IMG/VR virus record: IMGVR_UViG_3300034149_000152
Location: 1 to 55,460 of that record
DNA from: a virus
Lineage: Duplodnaviria; Caudoviricetes
DNA length: 55,460 nucleotides
Reading direction: 5' to 3' (one strand)
This document shows, piece by piece, positions 53,808-55,460 of the stretch. The notes below the pieces were generated by a model, which saw only the letters and a list, made by a program, of their open reading frames with translations, did no database searches and was not told the DNA's origin. Each line of letters starts with the position of its first letter. Within the stretch, counting starts at the first letter, position 1. Both the position numbers and the translations under genes were made by a program.

Positions 53808-54508
53808 AAATTGCCATCGCCACGACTTTTCATCCCAGCCTTGCCCATCTGGCGGCCATCACGGACCAGAACAAGAGGGACTATGCGGCCATCCATGGCT
53901 ATGACTATCACCGGATAGACATACTCCCTGCTGGAATGAACTATGCCTGGTCCCGATGGAGGCAGTTCTTGGACCTTTTCCAGAATGGTTATGCCTGGAT
54001 TCTTTGTTGTGGGGTGGATGTCATCTTCACCAACTTCTACATCCAGATCGAGGCGCTGATTGGAAATGACACGGATGTAATAGCTTCCCGGGACGCTCTG
54101 ATGATCCAGGGTGACGTATTATTGGTACGTAATTCCCAGAAAGGACGCGAGTTTCTGGAGGAGGTTATTTCATTGGAACCGGTTTACCGGCATGACTGGT
54201 TCCAAGACCAGACCGCGATGGAGCACATCATAAAAACCAGACCAGGACTAGTCACATTGGTGCCGCAGTTCGTTTTGCAAACCTATGAATACGCCAAGTA
54301 TGCCGGCTTGGGTGGAAATTACGCTCTTTCCCTGGACGCCCAGGGTAATCGAGGTCAGTGGCGTTCCGGAGACTACATTCTTCACGTTCCAGGCTGCGAA
54401 ATGAACACCAAGATAGCGGAGATTGAAGCGCATCTTCCGATGGTAATACGACCATCTTCAACTCCACGGTTGAGTAATCCTCCAATCCAGAGTAAAGCAG
54501 CACCATGA
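53804..54508 (+). CDS. GT34 (MNN10/GMA12-like) glycosyltransferase
   Basis: NKRDYA..HGY; W.R; WIL..GVDVIFTN; DQ.AM; W..GDYILHVPG. Confidence 0.75.
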   Translation: MKIAIATTFHPSLAHLAAITDQNKRDYAAIHGYDYHRIDILPAGMNYAWSRWRQFLDLFQNGYAWILCCGVDVIFTNFYIQIEALIGNDTDVIASRDALMIQGDVLLVRNSQKGREFLEEVISLEPVYRHDWFQDQTAMEHIIKTRPGLVTLVPQFVLQTYEYAKYAGLGGNYALSLDAQGNRGQWRSGDYILHVPGCEMNTKIAEIEAHLPMVIRPSSTPRLSNPPIQSKAAP

Positions 54509-55460
54509 AATTTGATCTTCCCGAACAGGTCGAGTCAGTCTGTTTCCAAATGCGACAAGGTGACTGGCCGCGCGGACAGAACCGGGCGCTCATCAACAAC
54601 CTGTTCAACGGACTTCCCCCTTACAGCCTGGAGGAGGCCGAGGCTGATGGCCGGAACGTCAATGTGAACTTCCTGGAATCCACCCGGCTGGGCCACGAAG
54701 GGCGGACTCAGTTCTACCAGGCGTTCCAGAAGCCCGGAAATTACTTCACCTGCTCCACGGACACTGGGGCGCCGCACAAGCGGTCGGAATACGGCAACAT
54801 CGTCACCAGGCAGATCAACCGGATAATGAAGCGGTCCATTCCCTACATGGAATGCCTGCGGTCAAAATTCGCCATGGATGTGCTTCATGGCATCGCGCCC
54901 GCCGGCTTCAAGGATTCTCAACGCTGGCGTCCGGATGCCATCGGAATCGAAGATGTTCTGGTACCATCCAACACGCTGCTGACGATGTGCAACCTGCCGT
55001 TCTTCGCGATCCGGAAATCATTCACCGCTCCTGAGCTTATCAAGCTTACCGGCCCCGCCGTGGCTGATCCCGGGTGGAACAAGAAAATGGTGAAGTCGTG
55101 CATCAAGTTGGTGGATACCCAGAGCATGGCGCTGTTGGGCACCAACTTCCCGGACGTGTGGTCCCCCGAGAAGATGGCTGAGCGCGTCAAGAGCGACGGC
55201 GGTTTCTACGTTGGCGATTCAGTTCCCACGATTAACGTGTTCGATTTCTATTTCTGGAGCGATGAAGGCAAGAAATCCGGCTGGCGCCGGCGCATTGTGC
55301 TGGACGCCTGGGGGACACCCGACGGCGCCGCCGGGGTGCCGCCGAACTGGCAGCGCAAGACCGACAAGGACCTCGACGGCTTCAGAAATCAATTTCTCTA
55401 CAACCCGGGCAATCGGATATTCGCCACCGAACGCGAGCAGATCATCAACTGGCAGTTCGC
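54505..55460 (+). CDS. Portal protein, N-terminal part (continues across the junction into 1..1526; about 784 aa in total)
   Basis: ATG at 54505 overlaps the upstream stop (ATGA). MKFDLPEQVESVCFQMRQGD... is open to the window end and in frame with ORF 3..1526 through the terminal repeat. Size and position upstream of scaffold and capsid fit a P22-like portal. Confidence 0.75.
   Translation, partial: MKFDLPEQVESVCFQMRQGDWPRGQNRALINNLFNGLPPYSLEEAEADGRNVNVNFLESTRLGHEGRTQFYQAFQKPGNYFTCSTDTGAPHKRSEYGNIVTRQINRIMKRSIPYMECLRSKFAMDVLHGIAPAGFKDSQRWRPDAIGIEDVLVPSNTLLTMCNLPFFAIRKSFTAPELIKLTGPAVADPGWNKKMVKSCIKLVDTQSMALLGTNFPDVWSPEKMAERVKSDGGFYVGDSVPTINVFDFYFWSDEGKKSGWRRRIVLDAWGTPDGAAGVPPNWQRKTDKDLDGFRNQFLYNPGNRIFATEREQIINWQF
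55334..55460. repeat. Terminal direct repeat (copy 2), circular-assembly overlap
   Basis: Identical to 1-127. Confidence 0.97.

Noticed and set aside
1-55460. tRNA genes, integrase/attP or alternative genetic code
   Set aside because: No cloverleaf or recombinase motifs were seen by eye, and the genes are intact under the standard code with all three stops in use.

Overview
This window is a complete, circularly assembled dsDNA tailed-phage genome of 55,333 bp. Bases 1-127 are identical to 55334-55460, and the portal gene runs across that junction. The gene set is podovirus-like (P22/T7-type): portal, scaffold, major capsid, tail-tube proteins and three putative ejection proteins. The terminase is inverted inside the structural module. 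A leftward replication/recombination arm encodes RecT, a PD-(D/E)XK exonuclease, an SF2 helicase, a primase, a C5 methyltransferase and a RusA-like resolvase, followed by many small early ORFs. There is also a sugar-modification set (several glycosyltransferases, an NDP-sugar C-methyltransferase and a SAM methyltransferase) beside a Ser/Thr/Asn-rich fibre, plus GroES. No integrase, DNA polymerase, tRNA or recognisable endolysin was seen. A Verrucomicrobiota host is inferred only from protein C-terminal motifs. The main signal is repeated dual-frame coding. (1) The terminase intein contains a complete HNH endonuclease gene in a different frame. (2) One helicase intein contains an out-of-frame DUF559-type endonuclease remnant. 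(3) The RusA-like resolvase is interleaved across two overlapping frames, with the D-x-D segment in one and the flanking parts in the other. (4) The neighbouring C5 methyltransferase is split the same way, as in M.EcoHK31I. (5) A free-standing antisense HNH sits between a duplicated pair of tail-gene starts. In addition, the small early genes are separated by attC-like palindromes oriented opposite to the genes. All family calls come from manual motif recognition, not database searches.
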